Assembly: GCA_030765605.1 (NCBI GenBank)
Contig: JAVCCG010000095.1
Span: 7,489 to 71,488, forward strand
Direction of reading: 5' to 3'
From: Candidatus Alcyoniella australis
GTDB taxonomy: Bacteria > Lernaellota > Lernaellaia > JAVCCG01 > Alcyoniellaceae
Length of the DNA: 64,000 nt
In this document: positions 21,928-31,465 of the stretch, in pieces
How the letters are laid out: the number at the start of each line of letters is the position of its first letter
How positions within the stretch are numbered: the first letter of the stretch is position 1
Position numbers and translations under genes: made by a program
Notes under the pieces: model-generated
Databases searched by the model: none
What the model saw: only the letters and a program-made list of their open reading frames with translations
What the model was told of the DNA's origin: nothing

Positions 21928-22700
21928 GCATTAAAATTCATCCCACGGCCGTGGTCGATTCCGCGGCGCAGCTTGGCAAGGGCGTGGTTGTCGGCCCGGG
22001 CTGCGTGATCTGCGCCGGAGCGTCCATCGGCGAGGACTGCACACTGGTGAGCAACGTCCGGGTCGAGGGGAACACCACCATCGGGCCCGGCGCGCTGATT
22101 AAGCACGGCGCGAGCCTTGGCGGCGATCCGCAGACCATCGACTACGGCGGCTGGCCGACTTTTCTCGAGATCGGGCCCAAGGCCTGGATCGGCGAGTACG
22201 TCACCGTGCACCGCGGCAGTAAAGAGGGCGCGGCCACCCGGCTGGGCAGCGAGGTCTACATGATGGCCTACTCCCACGTTGGGCACGACTGCCAGGTGGG
22301 CGATTGCGTGATCATGACCAACTACGCGGGGCTGGCCGGGCACGTGACCGTCGAGCAACGCGCGATCATCGCGGCCTACGGCGGTGTGCACCAGTTCTGC
22401 CGCATCGGAACCTATGCGATGCTCGGGGCGCACTCGGGAGTGGGCAAGGACGTCACCCCCTATACAATCGTCCAGGGGGTGCCGGCAGTGCCGCGTTCGC
22501 TCAACATCGTCGGGCTGCAACGGGCCGGATTTTCCGAGCAGACCCTTGCACAGCTCAAGAAGCTGTATAAACTCTTTTTCCGTTCAAGCCTGGACACGTC
22601 TCAGGCGGTCCAGCGCGCCCGCCTCGATCTCGAGCCGACCGAACAGGTCGAGCATTTTATTGCGTTCGTTGAGGCCAGCGAGCGCGGAATTTGCAAGTAG
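21924..22700 (+). CDS. lpxA: Acyl-ACP--UDP-N-acetylglucosamine O-acyltransferase
   Basis: Hexapeptide-repeat acyltransferase of ~258 aa following fabZ. Confidence 0.9.
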   Translation: MSIKIHPTAVVDSAAQLGKGVVVGPGCVICAGASIGEDCTLVSNVRVEGNTTIGPGALIKHGASLGGDPQTIDYGGWPTFLEIGPKAWIGEYVTVHRGSKEGAATRLGSEVYMMAYSHVGHDCQVGDCVIMTNYAGLAGHVTVEQRAIIAAYGGVHQFCRIGTYAMLGAHSGVGKDVTPYTIVQGVPAVPRSLNIVGLQRAGFSEQTLAQLKKLYKLFFRSSLDTSQAVQRARLDLEPTEQVEHFIAFVEASERGICK

Positions 22701-22710
22701 GAGAGAACCA

Positions 22711-23670
22711 GTGAGCAAGATCAGAGCCGGTGTGGTCGGCGTCGGACATATGGGACGCTTTCATGTTTCAGCATACACCGAGATCATCGACGTCGAGCTG
22801 GTGGGAGTCTGCGATGCCGACGCCCAGCGTGTGGCGAAGGTCGCCGAGCACTACAAGACCAGGGGCGTGACCGACTACCGCGAGATGTTCGGCGAGGTCG
22901 ATGTGGTGAGCATCGCCGTGCCCACCGAGCTGCACGTGCAGGTGGCGCGTGACTTTCTCGAGGCCGGCATTCACGTGCTGCTTGAAAAGCCCATCGCCCG
23001 TTCGTTCAGCGACGCCCACGAGCTGTTTACCTTTGCCCAGGAAAAGGACCTGGTGCTGCAGATCGGCCACGTCGAGCGTTTCAACGGCGCGATCAATGAA
23101 ATTAAAAAGATCGTCGAGAACCCGACCTTGTTTGAGAGCCGTCGCATCGGGCCGTTTACCGGTCGCAACTCCGACGACGGCGTTGTGCTCGACCTGCTGA
23201 TCCACGACATCGACATTGTGCTCCAGCTTTCCAACAGCCCGCTGGTTCAGATGCAGGCGATGGGACGCTCGGTAGTCAGCGGACGCGACGACCTGGTGAC
23301 CGCGCAGCTGCGTTTCGAGAACGGCTGCATGGCCCACCTGCTGGCCAGCCGGGTCAGCGAGGAGAAGTCGCGCACCCTGGCCGTGACCCAGCCCGGCGCC
23401 TACATCTTTCTGGACTACACCGACCAGGAGATCCACATCCATCGCCAGGCCAGCTCCGAGGCGGTGGTGACCACCGAGCAGCTGCGCTACAAGCAGGAGA
23501 GCATCATCGAGCGACTGTTCGTCTACAAGGGCAACCCGCTCAAGCTCGAGCTGCAACATTTCATCGGTTGCGCGATGAAGGGCGACGAGGTGCGCGTCAG
23601 CCCCGAGGACGAGCTGCGCAGCCTGCGGGTCGCCTTGGACATCCTCGACGGCATCGGCAATGCCGTCTGA
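22711..23670 (+). CDS. Gfo/Idh/MocA-family NAD(P)-dependent oxidoreductase embedded in the lipid A cluster (possible GnnA-like UDP-GlcNAc 3-dehydrogenase)
   Basis: GTG start with an AGGAGA Shine-Dalgarno sequence. Rossmann motif VGVGHMGRFH and the EKP motif. It sits between lpxA and lpxI. Confidence 0.75.
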   Translation: MSKIRAGVVGVGHMGRFHVSAYTEIIDVELVGVCDADAQRVAKVAEHYKTRGVTDYREMFGEVDVVSIAVPTELHVQVARDFLEAGIHVLLEKPIARSFSDAHELFTFAQEKDLVLQIGHVERFNGAINEIKKIVENPTLFESRRIGPFTGRNSDDGVVLDLLIHDIDIVLQLSNSPLVQMQAMGRSVVSGRDDLVTAQLRFENGCMAHLLASRVSEEKSRTLAVTQPGAYIFLDYTDQEIHIHRQASSEAVVTTEQLRYKQESIIERLFVYKGNPLKLELQHFIGCAMKGDEVRVSPEDELRSLRVALDILDGIGNAV

Positions 23671-24487
23671 TCCGATCCCCTCGACTGTCGGGATTGTCGC
23701 CGGCGGCGGCACAATGCCCGCCGAGGCCCTGCACGCGCTAAGAGCGCGCGGGCGGCGCGTGGTGCTGGCCGCGATCCGCGAGAGCGGCGCTGTCGATCCC
23801 GGGGCCGACGCCTTTGCCGAGCTATCCGTGGGACGGATCGGCGAGCTGGTGAGCTTCTTCAAGGACAACGGCGTCCGCGATCTGCTGGTGCTGGGCAAGC
23901 TTGACAAGGGCCTGCACTTCGCCGGCATCGAGTTCGACGAGTTGGCCCTGCGCGGCCTGGCGCTGATGCAGGACCGTACCGATATGAGCCTGTTCGGTGC
24001 GGTTGTGGCGGTGCTCGAGGAACAGGGGCTGCGCCTGCTGCCCCAGGATGCGGCGCTCTACGACCTGCTGTGCCCGGTCGGGACCATGGGCAAAGTGTCC
24101 GTCGGTACGTACGCAAAGGACGTGCAACGCGCCCTGAGTCTGGCTCGCGAAATCGCGCGCCTGGACATCGGCCAAAGCGTGGCCGTACGCGAGGGACTGT
24201 GTCTGGCCGTGGAGGCCGCCGAACATACCGACGAGATGATTAAGCGTGCGGGCGCGCTGCCCGGCGGCGGCACGGTGATCGCCAAGGTCCCGCGCCCCGG
24301 ACAGGACCCGCGCTTCGACGTACCCACGGTGGGCCCGCAGACGATCCGCACGATGGCAAAGATCGAAGCCGCGGGCCTGGCCCTGGCAGCGGGCGCGGTG
24401 TTCGTGATCGATTCTGAACAGACAATCCGACTGGCTGACGAGGCTGGGATCTTCATCGTCGGCCAGCGGCTCCCCGGGGGAAGCTGA
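23660..24487 (+). CDS. lpxI: LpxI-family (DUF1009) UDP-2,3-diacylglucosamine hydrolase
   Basis: Begins VGIVAGGG...; 275 aa; it occupies the lpxH position after lpxA, as in alphaproteobacterial-type clusters. Confidence 0.7.
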   Translation: MPSDPIPSTVGIVAGGGTMPAEALHALRARGRRVVLAAIRESGAVDPGADAFAELSVGRIGELVSFFKDNGVRDLLVLGKLDKGLHFAGIEFDELALRGLALMQDRTDMSLFGAVVAVLEEQGLRLLPQDAALYDLLCPVGTMGKVSVGTYAKDVQRALSLAREIARLDIGQSVAVREGLCLAVEAAEHTDEMIKRAGALPGGGTVIAKVPRPGQDPRFDVPTVGPQTIRTMAKIEAAGLALAAGAVFVIDSEQTIRLADEAGIFIVGQRLPGGS

Positions 24488-26052
24488 TGCGGCTGTTGAT
24501 TAGACTGACGCTGATCTGCGCTTTAACCCTGTGCCTCGCGGGCGCGGTCTGGGCCGACGAAAGCGGCGGCGACGACGAGGACGGCGACAATGACGACGAC
24601 GGCGCGAGCGTCGAGGACCTCGAACGGCGCGTGTCGCGGCTGGAGCAGCAGAACAAACGGCTGCGCGGCGACTCCCAGACCCTGGTCTTTCCCAACGGCT
24701 GGCAGGTCAAGTTCGAGGGCGAGCTGCGCAACCGCGCGCTGATCGAGGCCAACACGCTGAACAACTATGAGAACTTCGCCGGGGTCCGGGTCTACGCCTA
24801 CGACAAGCGCTCGACGTTCAAGAACGACTACGGCTGGTGGGACATGCGCTTTGTCAACAAGCTGGTGGTCGACTTCGGCTACGGCGCGGAGCTGGGGATC
24901 AAGCTCCAGCTGGGCGACATCGTCTGGGGCAGCCACGCGCCGGTCTACGGCCTGGGCGGCTCCGATAAGTTCGACCAGGTCACCTTGCAGTTCCGCGAGC
25001 TGTACGCACGTTGGTCGATCTGGCCGATCCCGCTGTACATGGAGGCCGGCCGCACGCGCTTCGACCTGGGGCACCGGATGCTGATGGGCGGCGAGTTCGA
25101 CGGCGTCAAGGCCTGGTACCAGCACGAGTACTTCAACGTCGGATTCTGGTCGGCGCGGCAGTACGAGGGCGAGAATTACGAGATGAGCATGCAGACCAAC
25201 GACGATGAGGACACCTTTGTCCTCAGCGTCGAGGGCTACCCGGCGCAGCAATCGGTGGTCGGCGCTTACGGCTGGATCAACGACTGGAAGGTCGTGGCGC
25301 AGCCCAGCTACCCCGACCCGAGCTCGCCGCTGTACCTGCTGCCGGCGTTCGAGCAGGACCTGTACACCGAGCAGAACAGCCAGCAGTGGGACGTCGGCGT
25401 CTGGACCGAGTTGCGGCCCAGCAACCTGATCCGCATCAAGGCGCAGTACGACCATCAGTTCGGCAAACTGATTCACAGCGAGGACTACCCGGACCAGCCC
25501 GATATCGAGTTCAAGGGCTTCGCCGGATTCGCCAAGCTCGACTTTCTCTGGAGCGAGGATCGCAACATGATCTTCCTCGCCGGCGGTTACGGCTCGGGAG
25601 ACGACCCGGACACAGTCGACTACGAGGGCTTCTTTGCGCCGGACAACCGCTTCGGGATCTACGAGGAGGGGATGGACGAGTACGCGGAGCACGGCTACTT
25701 CGCGGTCTACGAGCATCTCTCGCCCGGCGCCGGAGTGCCCGGCAGGCTCAAAGACGACCTGGGATCCGGCGGCGTGGAAAACACGATCTGGGCCAACGTG
25801 GGCTGGGACTCCTCGTGGCAGGCCAACCACCACTACTACGTGTCAGTGGGCTACATCCAGGCCGCGCGCGAGAACCCCTACACCGACTCCGCGCTGATCG
25901 GGATCGAGAACGACGTGCGCATCGACTACCTGTTCTCCAACAACGTGGTGTTCTCGATTTACGGAGGACACCTGTTCATCATCGGCGACTACTTCCGCAA
26001 CGATGCCCACGATGCGGCGCAGCTCTACTTCGAGTGGAAGCTGCTGTGGTGA
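24487..26052 (+). CDS. Putative outer-membrane beta-barrel (porin-like) protein with an N-terminal coiled-coil
   Basis: Signal peptide and an acidic tract, then a coiled-coil (LERRVSRLEQQNKRL), then an alternating amphipathic beta-rich region ending in an aromatic residue (FEWKLLW). The start overlaps the lpxI stop (TGATG). Confidence 0.45.
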   Translation: MRLLIRLTLICALTLCLAGAVWADESGGDDEDGDNDDDGASVEDLERRVSRLEQQNKRLRGDSQTLVFPNGWQVKFEGELRNRALIEANTLNNYENFAGVRVYAYDKRSTFKNDYGWWDMRFVNKLVVDFGYGAELGIKLQLGDIVWGSHAPVYGLGGSDKFDQVTLQFRELYARWSIWPIPLYMEAGRTRFDLGHRMLMGGEFDGVKAWYQHEYFNVGFWSARQYEGENYEMSMQTNDDEDTFVLSVEGYPAQQSVVGAYGWINDWKVVAQPSYPDPSSPLYLLPAFEQDLYTEQNSQQWDVGVWTELRPSNLIRIKAQYDHQFGKLIHSEDYPDQPDIEFKGFAGFAKLDFLWSEDRNMIFLAGGYGSGDDPDTVDYEGFFAPDNRFGIYEEGMDEYAEHGYFAVYEHLSPGAGVPGRLKDDLGSGGVENTIWANVGWDSSWQANHHYYVSVGYIQAARENPYTDSALIGIENDVRIDYLFSNNVVFSIYGGHLFIIGDYFRNDAHDAAQLYFEWKLLW

Positions 26053-26062
26053 AGAGCGGCGA

Positions 26063-28084
26063 TTGTCTGAAGCACTAGCGCGTAACATCATCCTGCGCAT
26101 AGCCGCGCTGCTGATGACGGCGCTGCTGTGCGCAATGTTCTGCAGCTGCCGCGACCAGCGGCCGACCACGACGCCGGAGCAGGGTGTAGCGCAGCCGATT
26201 GTCGAGCCGACCCCCGAGATGCCCGCCGCATTGCCGTTGCCCGCCACCGTGGGGCTCGAGGGCGCGCCGGTCTATGTTGCGGGCGAGGTCGGACCGGACC
26301 TGGTGCTGCGCCTGACCGCGGGCGAAGCGGGATTGCCCACGGGTACGCTGCTGCGCGTGACTCTGCCCGGCGAAAGTTGGAGCGTGCCCCAGCTCGAGCG
26401 CGGTGAGGATTCGGGTTACATCTCGTGCAAAATCTCCGGCAGCGAACCGTTGATAACAATTCACGCCCGGGGTACGGGCCGCATTCCCAGCCGCAGTCGC
26501 TCGGTGGTCGACGTGGAGCTGACCGCGGACCTGGCAACGGGTGAGCCTGCGCTGCTGCGCTACGTCAAGCCGCGGGTCCAGCCCACTGCCGGTCGGGTCG
26601 CAATCCGCGCGCAACTGCGCCTGCCCGGAAACACGGAGCCGCTTGAGCTGGAAAGCCCGAGCCTAAACGTGGAGCCCGGGCCGATGGTCTGGGTGCGTGT
26701 GCTCGCGCCCAGCGACGTGATCGTCGGCCAACCGTTCAGCGTCCGGCTGCGACCGCTGGACCGTTTGGGCAACCTGGCCCGCGCACAGGCCGGTCGCTAC
26801 AACCTCGAGCTGATGCGGCCGGGCAACACTGCGGGCCGCGAGGTCGACCTGCTGCACCCCCAGATCGAATGGACGGTTGACCAGCCGACCAGCGGCTGGT
26901 TCACGCTGTTTGCCCAGGACGGCTCGGTGGCGGGCAGGGCGCAGCCGTTGATTGCTCATCAGGCGCAGCCGCAGTACGTGCGCGCCTGGGCCGACCTGAG
27001 CTTTCACTCCGGGCTCTCCGACGCGTACGCGCCGATCGATCCGGGCCAGGCGTTCGCCTACGCCCGCGACGTGTCGGGGCTGGACCTGGCCTGCCTGACC
27101 GACCACGCCGAGGGGATCTGGAGCGATCCGTTGAGCTCCGAGGAGTTCAGGCGCAGCGTTGCCGAGGCGCAGCGCGCGAGCACGCCGCAGTTTTTAGCCC
27201 TGGCCGGGTTCACCTGGACCGGCTCGTTTTTCTGGGATCAGGAGTATCCCGAGGGTCCGGGACACGCCCACGTGCTGCCGCTGGGCGAGGTGGTTGAGCC
27301 CTGCCGGGCCGACCTGGAACAGTGCGACGAGCCGCAGGAACTGTTTGCGCAGTTGGACGGGGCCGACGCAGTGGCGATCTGGGAGCACAGCCTGACGCAG
27401 TGGGGCGCGGCCGATTTTAGCGCGTTGCCGCTGCCGACAAAGCTCGCGCCGCTGGTGCAGATCTACTCGTACTTGGGTTCCAACGAGTGCGTGGACTGCA
27501 AACCGCGGCAGCGCGAGGGCACGGGCGATTCGCGCCACAGCGTGCAGGCCGCACTGGTGCGCGGCGAGCACGTCGGATTCAGCGCCTCGAGCAACAGCCT
27601 CTACGGCCATCCTGGTCTCGGACGTTTTCCGGGATACGCCGGGCCCGAGGAGGATGCCGGCGGCCTGACCTGCCTGCTGGTCAGCGAACGCGGCAAGTCC
27701 GGGTACCTTGAGGCGATCCGCGCGAGGCGCAGTTACGCCACCACCGGCATTCGCCCGCTGATCGACTTCAGCTGCGCCGGTGCGCCGATGGGCGGCCGGG
27801 CCCAAAGCGACGGCCCGCCCCAGTGCCGCTTGGCCGTGACCTGCGCCGCGAACATCGAGTCGATCGAGATCGTCAGGGGCGGCGCGGGCTGTCGGCTGCC
27901 GCTGGAGAGCGTGCTCAACTCGCGTCCGGACGCGCGCTCGGCCGCCTTTGACTGGATCGACCGGGACTTCGACGGCGCGGCGTTCTACTACCTGCGTGTG
28001 ACCGACGTCAACGGCGAGCGGGCCTGGACCAGCCCGATCTGGGTCGACTCCGCGCCGCAGCCAGAGGCCACGGCGGAGCAGTGA
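26063..28084 (+). CDS. Hypothetical secreted protein, possibly a DUF3604/PHP-like metallohydrolase
   Basis: Putative TTG start gives a signal peptide (SEALARNIILRIAALLMTALLCAMFCSC); an ATG at 26114 is an alternative. The WADLSFHSGLSDA and YYLRVTDVNGERAWTSPIWV segments resemble DUF3604 motifs. The assignment is tentative. Confidence 0.4.
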   Translation: MSEALARNIILRIAALLMTALLCAMFCSCRDQRPTTTPEQGVAQPIVEPTPEMPAALPLPATVGLEGAPVYVAGEVGPDLVLRLTAGEAGLPTGTLLRVTLPGESWSVPQLERGEDSGYISCKISGSEPLITIHARGTGRIPSRSRSVVDVELTADLATGEPALLRYVKPRVQPTAGRVAIRAQLRLPGNTEPLELESPSLNVEPGPMVWVRVLAPSDVIVGQPFSVRLRPLDRLGNLARAQAGRYNLELMRPGNTAGREVDLLHPQIEWTVDQPTSGWFTLFAQDGSVAGRAQPLIAHQAQPQYVRAWADLSFHSGLSDAYAPIDPGQAFAYARDVSGLDLACLTDHAEGIWSDPLSSEEFRRSVAEAQRASTPQFLALAGFTWTGSFFWDQEYPEGPGHAHVLPLGEVVEPCRADLEQCDEPQELFAQLDGADAVAIWEHSLTQWGAADFSALPLPTKLAPLVQIYSYLGSNECVDCKPRQREGTGDSRHSVQAALVRGEHVGFSASSNSLYGHPGLGRFPGYAGPEEDAGGLTCLLVSERGKSGYLEAIRARRSYATTGIRPLIDFSCAGAPMGGRAQSDGPPQCRLAVTCAANIESIEIVRGGAGCRLPLESVLNSRPDARSAAFDWIDRDFDGAAFYYLRVTDVNGERAWTSPIWVDSAPQPEATAEQ

Positions 28085-30126
28085 GGATCAGCGCGGCGGC
28101 GATCATCACGTTGTTGCTCGCTGCGATGCTTGTCGCCTGCGGCCCTTCAGCGGCCGAGCAACAGGCCTGGCGTGACGCGGCGCGTTATATTCGGCCGCAT
28201 CTGGATCAGCGCGACGTGATCGTGGCCGACAGCGTAAGCAGCGCCCAGGGGCTGTTACGCGGGATCCACGGCGATCAGCCGTTGCCGTTGCTTGCTCCCG
28301 CGCGCTCCGGAGAGTCGAGCATCGCGACTTACGAAAATCTGACCGTGCTGGTGCTGCCCCACGACGCCGAGGCAATCGGCGAACTGATCCGCGAGCAACT
28401 CGGAGAACAGACAAGGTTCTGGCTGTTACGTGACGAACGAAAATCCCGACCAGCCGCGGAATTGATCGCGGACCAAGGCCTGGCCGTTGATCGTGCGTTG
28501 TTTGACGAGCGCTTCAGCGTAACGCGGATGCTCTATCCGCGTCCGCCGTCATGGGGCACGCTGCTCGATTTACACACCGTCTCCGGCGCGCCGCCCGAGC
28601 TGTCGGGTAACTTGGTGGGCATGCTGCGCGCGCCGCTGACCTACGGTCCGCAGCAGGCTGCACTGGCCGCGCTTAAGGGACTGATCGCGGGCCTCGATCC
28701 CACGCGCGGCATGCTCCCTTGGTGCGGTATGGCCCGCGACTCCAACGGCTGGAGCGGCAGCCACTGCGGCACGGACTGGGTGGTCGGCGCGTCAACGGAC
28801 CTGGAGGGACTGCTGTTGTTGCGCCGCGCCTGCGGATCGGACCACGGGGTCGAGGCCGAGGCTGCGTTGCGACGCGGGTTGCTTGGTCGGGCGATGAGCG
28901 ACGGCCTGGTCTACCGCGAGGACGCGGCCTTCTCCGATCTGGAGGCGGTGATTGCGGACCAAGCTTCGTATCTGAGCATGCTTGCCACACGGATCGAGCT
29001 CGATAACGCCCAGTACGCGCGCGTGCTGGTCGGCGCCAACGTACGCGGGCTGCTGTTGCGCTCGGAGTCGGGTGCACACGGCCTGCATTTGCCCGAGGCG
29101 AGCTATTTTCCCGACCGATCGGCCGGCTGGACTGCGGGCACGGTCGACTGGTACGACGAGGCGCTGCTGCTGCCGGGTTTGGCGCGTGCCTCGGCGCTGA
29201 TCGACGACCCGCTGCTTGAGCAGCTGACCAACGGCCTGGCCGAATACCTTGAATACGAAAGCGGCGCGTACATCAGCGCTGGAGACTACAGCGGCGAGCC
29301 GTTGCCCTATCTGCGCGGGCTGCGCGGCCTGCTGATCCATGCGCACAATCGCTCAAACGAGGCGCTGGCAACGCGGGTGCGCGAGCGGCTCGATCCGTTG
29401 TTCGACGCTCCGTTGGCACCGAGCATGCACACACGGTGGACCGAAGATCCCGATGCACTGGCCGAGCTGATCCAGATCGCGCTGTTGCTGGGCGAGCAGG
29501 ATCCGCGCTATTACGAGCATGCCGAGGGACTGGCGCGAAATCAGCTGCGCACCTGTCAGTGGCCGATCGAGGCCGATCCGGCCGTGGCCGGATCGTTTGA
29601 CAACAATTGCGCGGGAATCTGCCGTGGCAACCAGACCGCCGGACCCACGACCGCGGCGGTCGCTATCGCGCGGCTGGCCCTTAGCGCGGTGCTCGGTCGC
29701 GACGGGCGCTGTCGCGTCAACCTGCTGTGTAACAGCGCCGACCCGCTGCTGGTTGTGCTAAGCGAGCTGCCCTACGCCGGTCGGATCGTGGTCGAGGCCA
29801 GGAACGATTGTCAGGCCGAGCTACGCATTCCACCCTGGGCCACCAGGCTGACGTTGGACAACACGCCGGTGCCCGACGGGGCCTGGAGCAACGGCTACCT
29901 CGACCTGGGAGTAATCGAGGCCGGCCAGCGCAGGGAGCTGGGCTTCGCAGTGCCCGAACGGTTGGAGAGTCCGACCGACGGCGGACTGAGCGTGTTGTGG
30001 CGCGGCAACGTCGTGGCCGCGGTGATCTGGGCTCAAGCCTGCGACGATCCATCGTACTTAGGCGACGTAGCGCACTTCGAGGGCGAGGCGCCCCGCGGCA
30101 TGGTCAACCTATTCGTCGCTGATTAA
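28081..30126 (+). CDS. Hypothetical large lipoprotein (681 aa)
   Basis: GTG start overlapping the upstream stop; signal peptide with lipobox (MLVACG); no recognised domain. Confidence 0.45.
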   Translation: MRISAAAIITLLLAAMLVACGPSAAEQQAWRDAARYIRPHLDQRDVIVADSVSSAQGLLRGIHGDQPLPLLAPARSGESSIATYENLTVLVLPHDAEAIGELIREQLGEQTRFWLLRDERKSRPAAELIADQGLAVDRALFDERFSVTRMLYPRPPSWGTLLDLHTVSGAPPELSGNLVGMLRAPLTYGPQQAALAALKGLIAGLDPTRGMLPWCGMARDSNGWSGSHCGTDWVVGASTDLEGLLLLRRACGSDHGVEAEAALRRGLLGRAMSDGLVYREDAAFSDLEAVIADQASYLSMLATRIELDNAQYARVLVGANVRGLLLRSESGAHGLHLPEASYFPDRSAGWTAGTVDWYDEALLLPGLARASALIDDPLLEQLTNGLAEYLEYESGAYISAGDYSGEPLPYLRGLRGLLIHAHNRSNEALATRVRERLDPLFDAPLAPSMHTRWTEDPDALAELIQIALLLGEQDPRYYEHAEGLARNQLRTCQWPIEADPAVAGSFDNNCAGICRGNQTAGPTTAAVAIARLALSAVLGRDGRCRVNLLCNSADPLLVVLSELPYAGRIVVEARNDCQAELRIPPWATRLTLDNTPVPDGAWSNGYLDLGVIEAGQRRELGFAVPERLESPTDGGLSVLWRGNVVAAVIWAQACDDPSYLGDVAHFEGEAPRGMVNLFVAD

Positions 30127-30147
30127 ACTAGATCAGATCAATCGATC

Positions 30148-30735
30148 TCAACGGGCGCGCAGGCCCTCGATGATGCTGCGCGTTATCCGGCCGCAGTTGG
30201 CGTATTCGCGGCATTCGCCCGTGGTCTGGGCCGCCACGCTCATCACCCGCTGTTGGTCGGGATGCACGAAGGTGAACAGAAACAGCTCGTGATCCTGGCC
30301 CTCGGTGTTGTGTTGGATCAGCATCAGGTTGCCCTTGATCCGGCCGGCATTGAGCTCGCCCAGGTCCTTGGTACGCGAGTCGTCGGGACCGGCCCCGCCG
30401 ATCAGCACGTAGGCCAGGTGTTGCTGTTCGCGCTGCACTGAGTTCGATTCGCCCTGGGTCTGCTTGGGGAGCAGCGTTACGGTCAGATTCGATCCGGGGC
30501 TGGCGTACTCGATCACCCTGCTCGGGCCGCCGTAATCAACATGCTTCATCTCGAAATCGGGCGGCAGCCAGAACACCAGATCGACTTGCGGATCGGTCAC
30601 CGTGGTCCAATGATTATCGCCACTGGGGGAACAACCCGAAACGAGGATCAGCGCTTGCATGATTATCGCGAGCAGAGTGAAGGTCAGGGCATTGCGTATC
30701 ATTGGGAATTGGGCACCTCGCGAGGAAAATATCAC
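30148..30735 (-). CDS. Hypothetical lipoprotein
   Basis: Signal peptide with lipobox (LVSGCS); 195 aa. Confidence 0.45.
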   Translation of the reverse strand: MIFSSRGAQFPMIRNALTFTLLAIIMQALILVSGCSPSGDNHWTTVTDPQVDLVFWLPPDFEMKHVDYGGPSRVIEYASPGSNLTVTLLPKQTQGESNSVQREQQHLAYVLIGGAGPDDSRTKDLGELNAGRIKGNLMLIQHNTEGQDHELFLFTFVHPDQQRVMSVAAQTTGECREYANCGRITRSIIEGLRAR

Positions 30736-30801
30736 GCCGCGCTGGACGCGGCAAGGTCGAGCGAACGCGGGAAAAGGCGCGATTACCGCGATAAAGAGCG
30801 G

Positions 30802-31182
30802 TTATACAGAAAAGTTGAGCATGCTACGGACGATTTTGAGCACGTCCTCGTGATTGATCGGCTGGTGGATGCACGGCGCCTGACTGAAATGTAAAAAACG
30901 GAGCAGGTCATCGCCAATGTGCATCGGCACCAGGAACAGCAACTTTTTCAGATTCTCCAAGTCCTGCCGCCGTAGTTCGAAATAGAACTCCGGTCCGGAG
31001 ATGTTGCGCATGGCAAGGTCAATTATATATACGTCGTATTTATTAAGGCCGATGTGGTCAATTGCTTTTTTCGCGCTGTTCAGCGCAATGGTACGGATTG
31101 GTAAGCTTTTGGCGAGCAACTCGCACAGCTTATTGCAATTGTCTTTATCGTCGTCGATGATCAATATCTTCTGTTGCTTCAC
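30802..31182 (-). CDS. Stand-alone response-regulator receiver domain protein (CheY-like)
   Basis: ILIIDDDKD acidic pocket and YDVYIIDLAM phospho-acceptor Asp region; GC content (~40%) is far below the window average. Confidence 0.6.
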   Translation of the reverse strand: MKQQKILIIDDDKDNCNKLCELLAKSLPIRTIALNSAKKAIDHIGLNKYDVYIIDLAMRNISGPEFYFELRRQDLENLKKLLFLVPMHIGDDLLRFLHFSQAPCIHQPINHEDVLKIVRSMLNFSV

Positions 31183-31465
31183 GTTGCAAGGACCTCTTCA
31201 AATACAGGTGCGATAGAACTGATCAGGTTCATCTGACCTTTAAGTTTGACTGCAACACCTGTGCCGACGCTGACGATCCTTATATCAAACAGGGAGGCAT
31301 AGCGCAATTAATTAGTGATTTAGACCAGTTAGCAATTAGGCATGCGATATGGTCAAAGATGATTGTCATGGTTTAAAAGTGTAATAAAAATAAGAGGCTG
31401 GATGATAATCAGGCAGTCAGAACGGGGCGAAATGCCCGGGGCGGCGTACACCCCGGGCAGTGACG

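Noticed and set aside
26003-26062. The annotated ATG at 26003 as the start of the DUF3604-like gene
   Set aside because: It would overlap the upstream porin-like gene by 50 bp and precede the signal peptide with a non-hydrophobic extension. The TTG at 26063 or the ATG at 26114 gives a proper signal sequence.
31425-31465. A hairpin GCCCGGGG-N8-CCCCGGGC downstream of hbd as a rho-independent terminator
   Set aside because: The stem is strong but the trailing tract on the minus strand (ATTTCGCCCC) is not a convincing U-run, so it is left uncalled.
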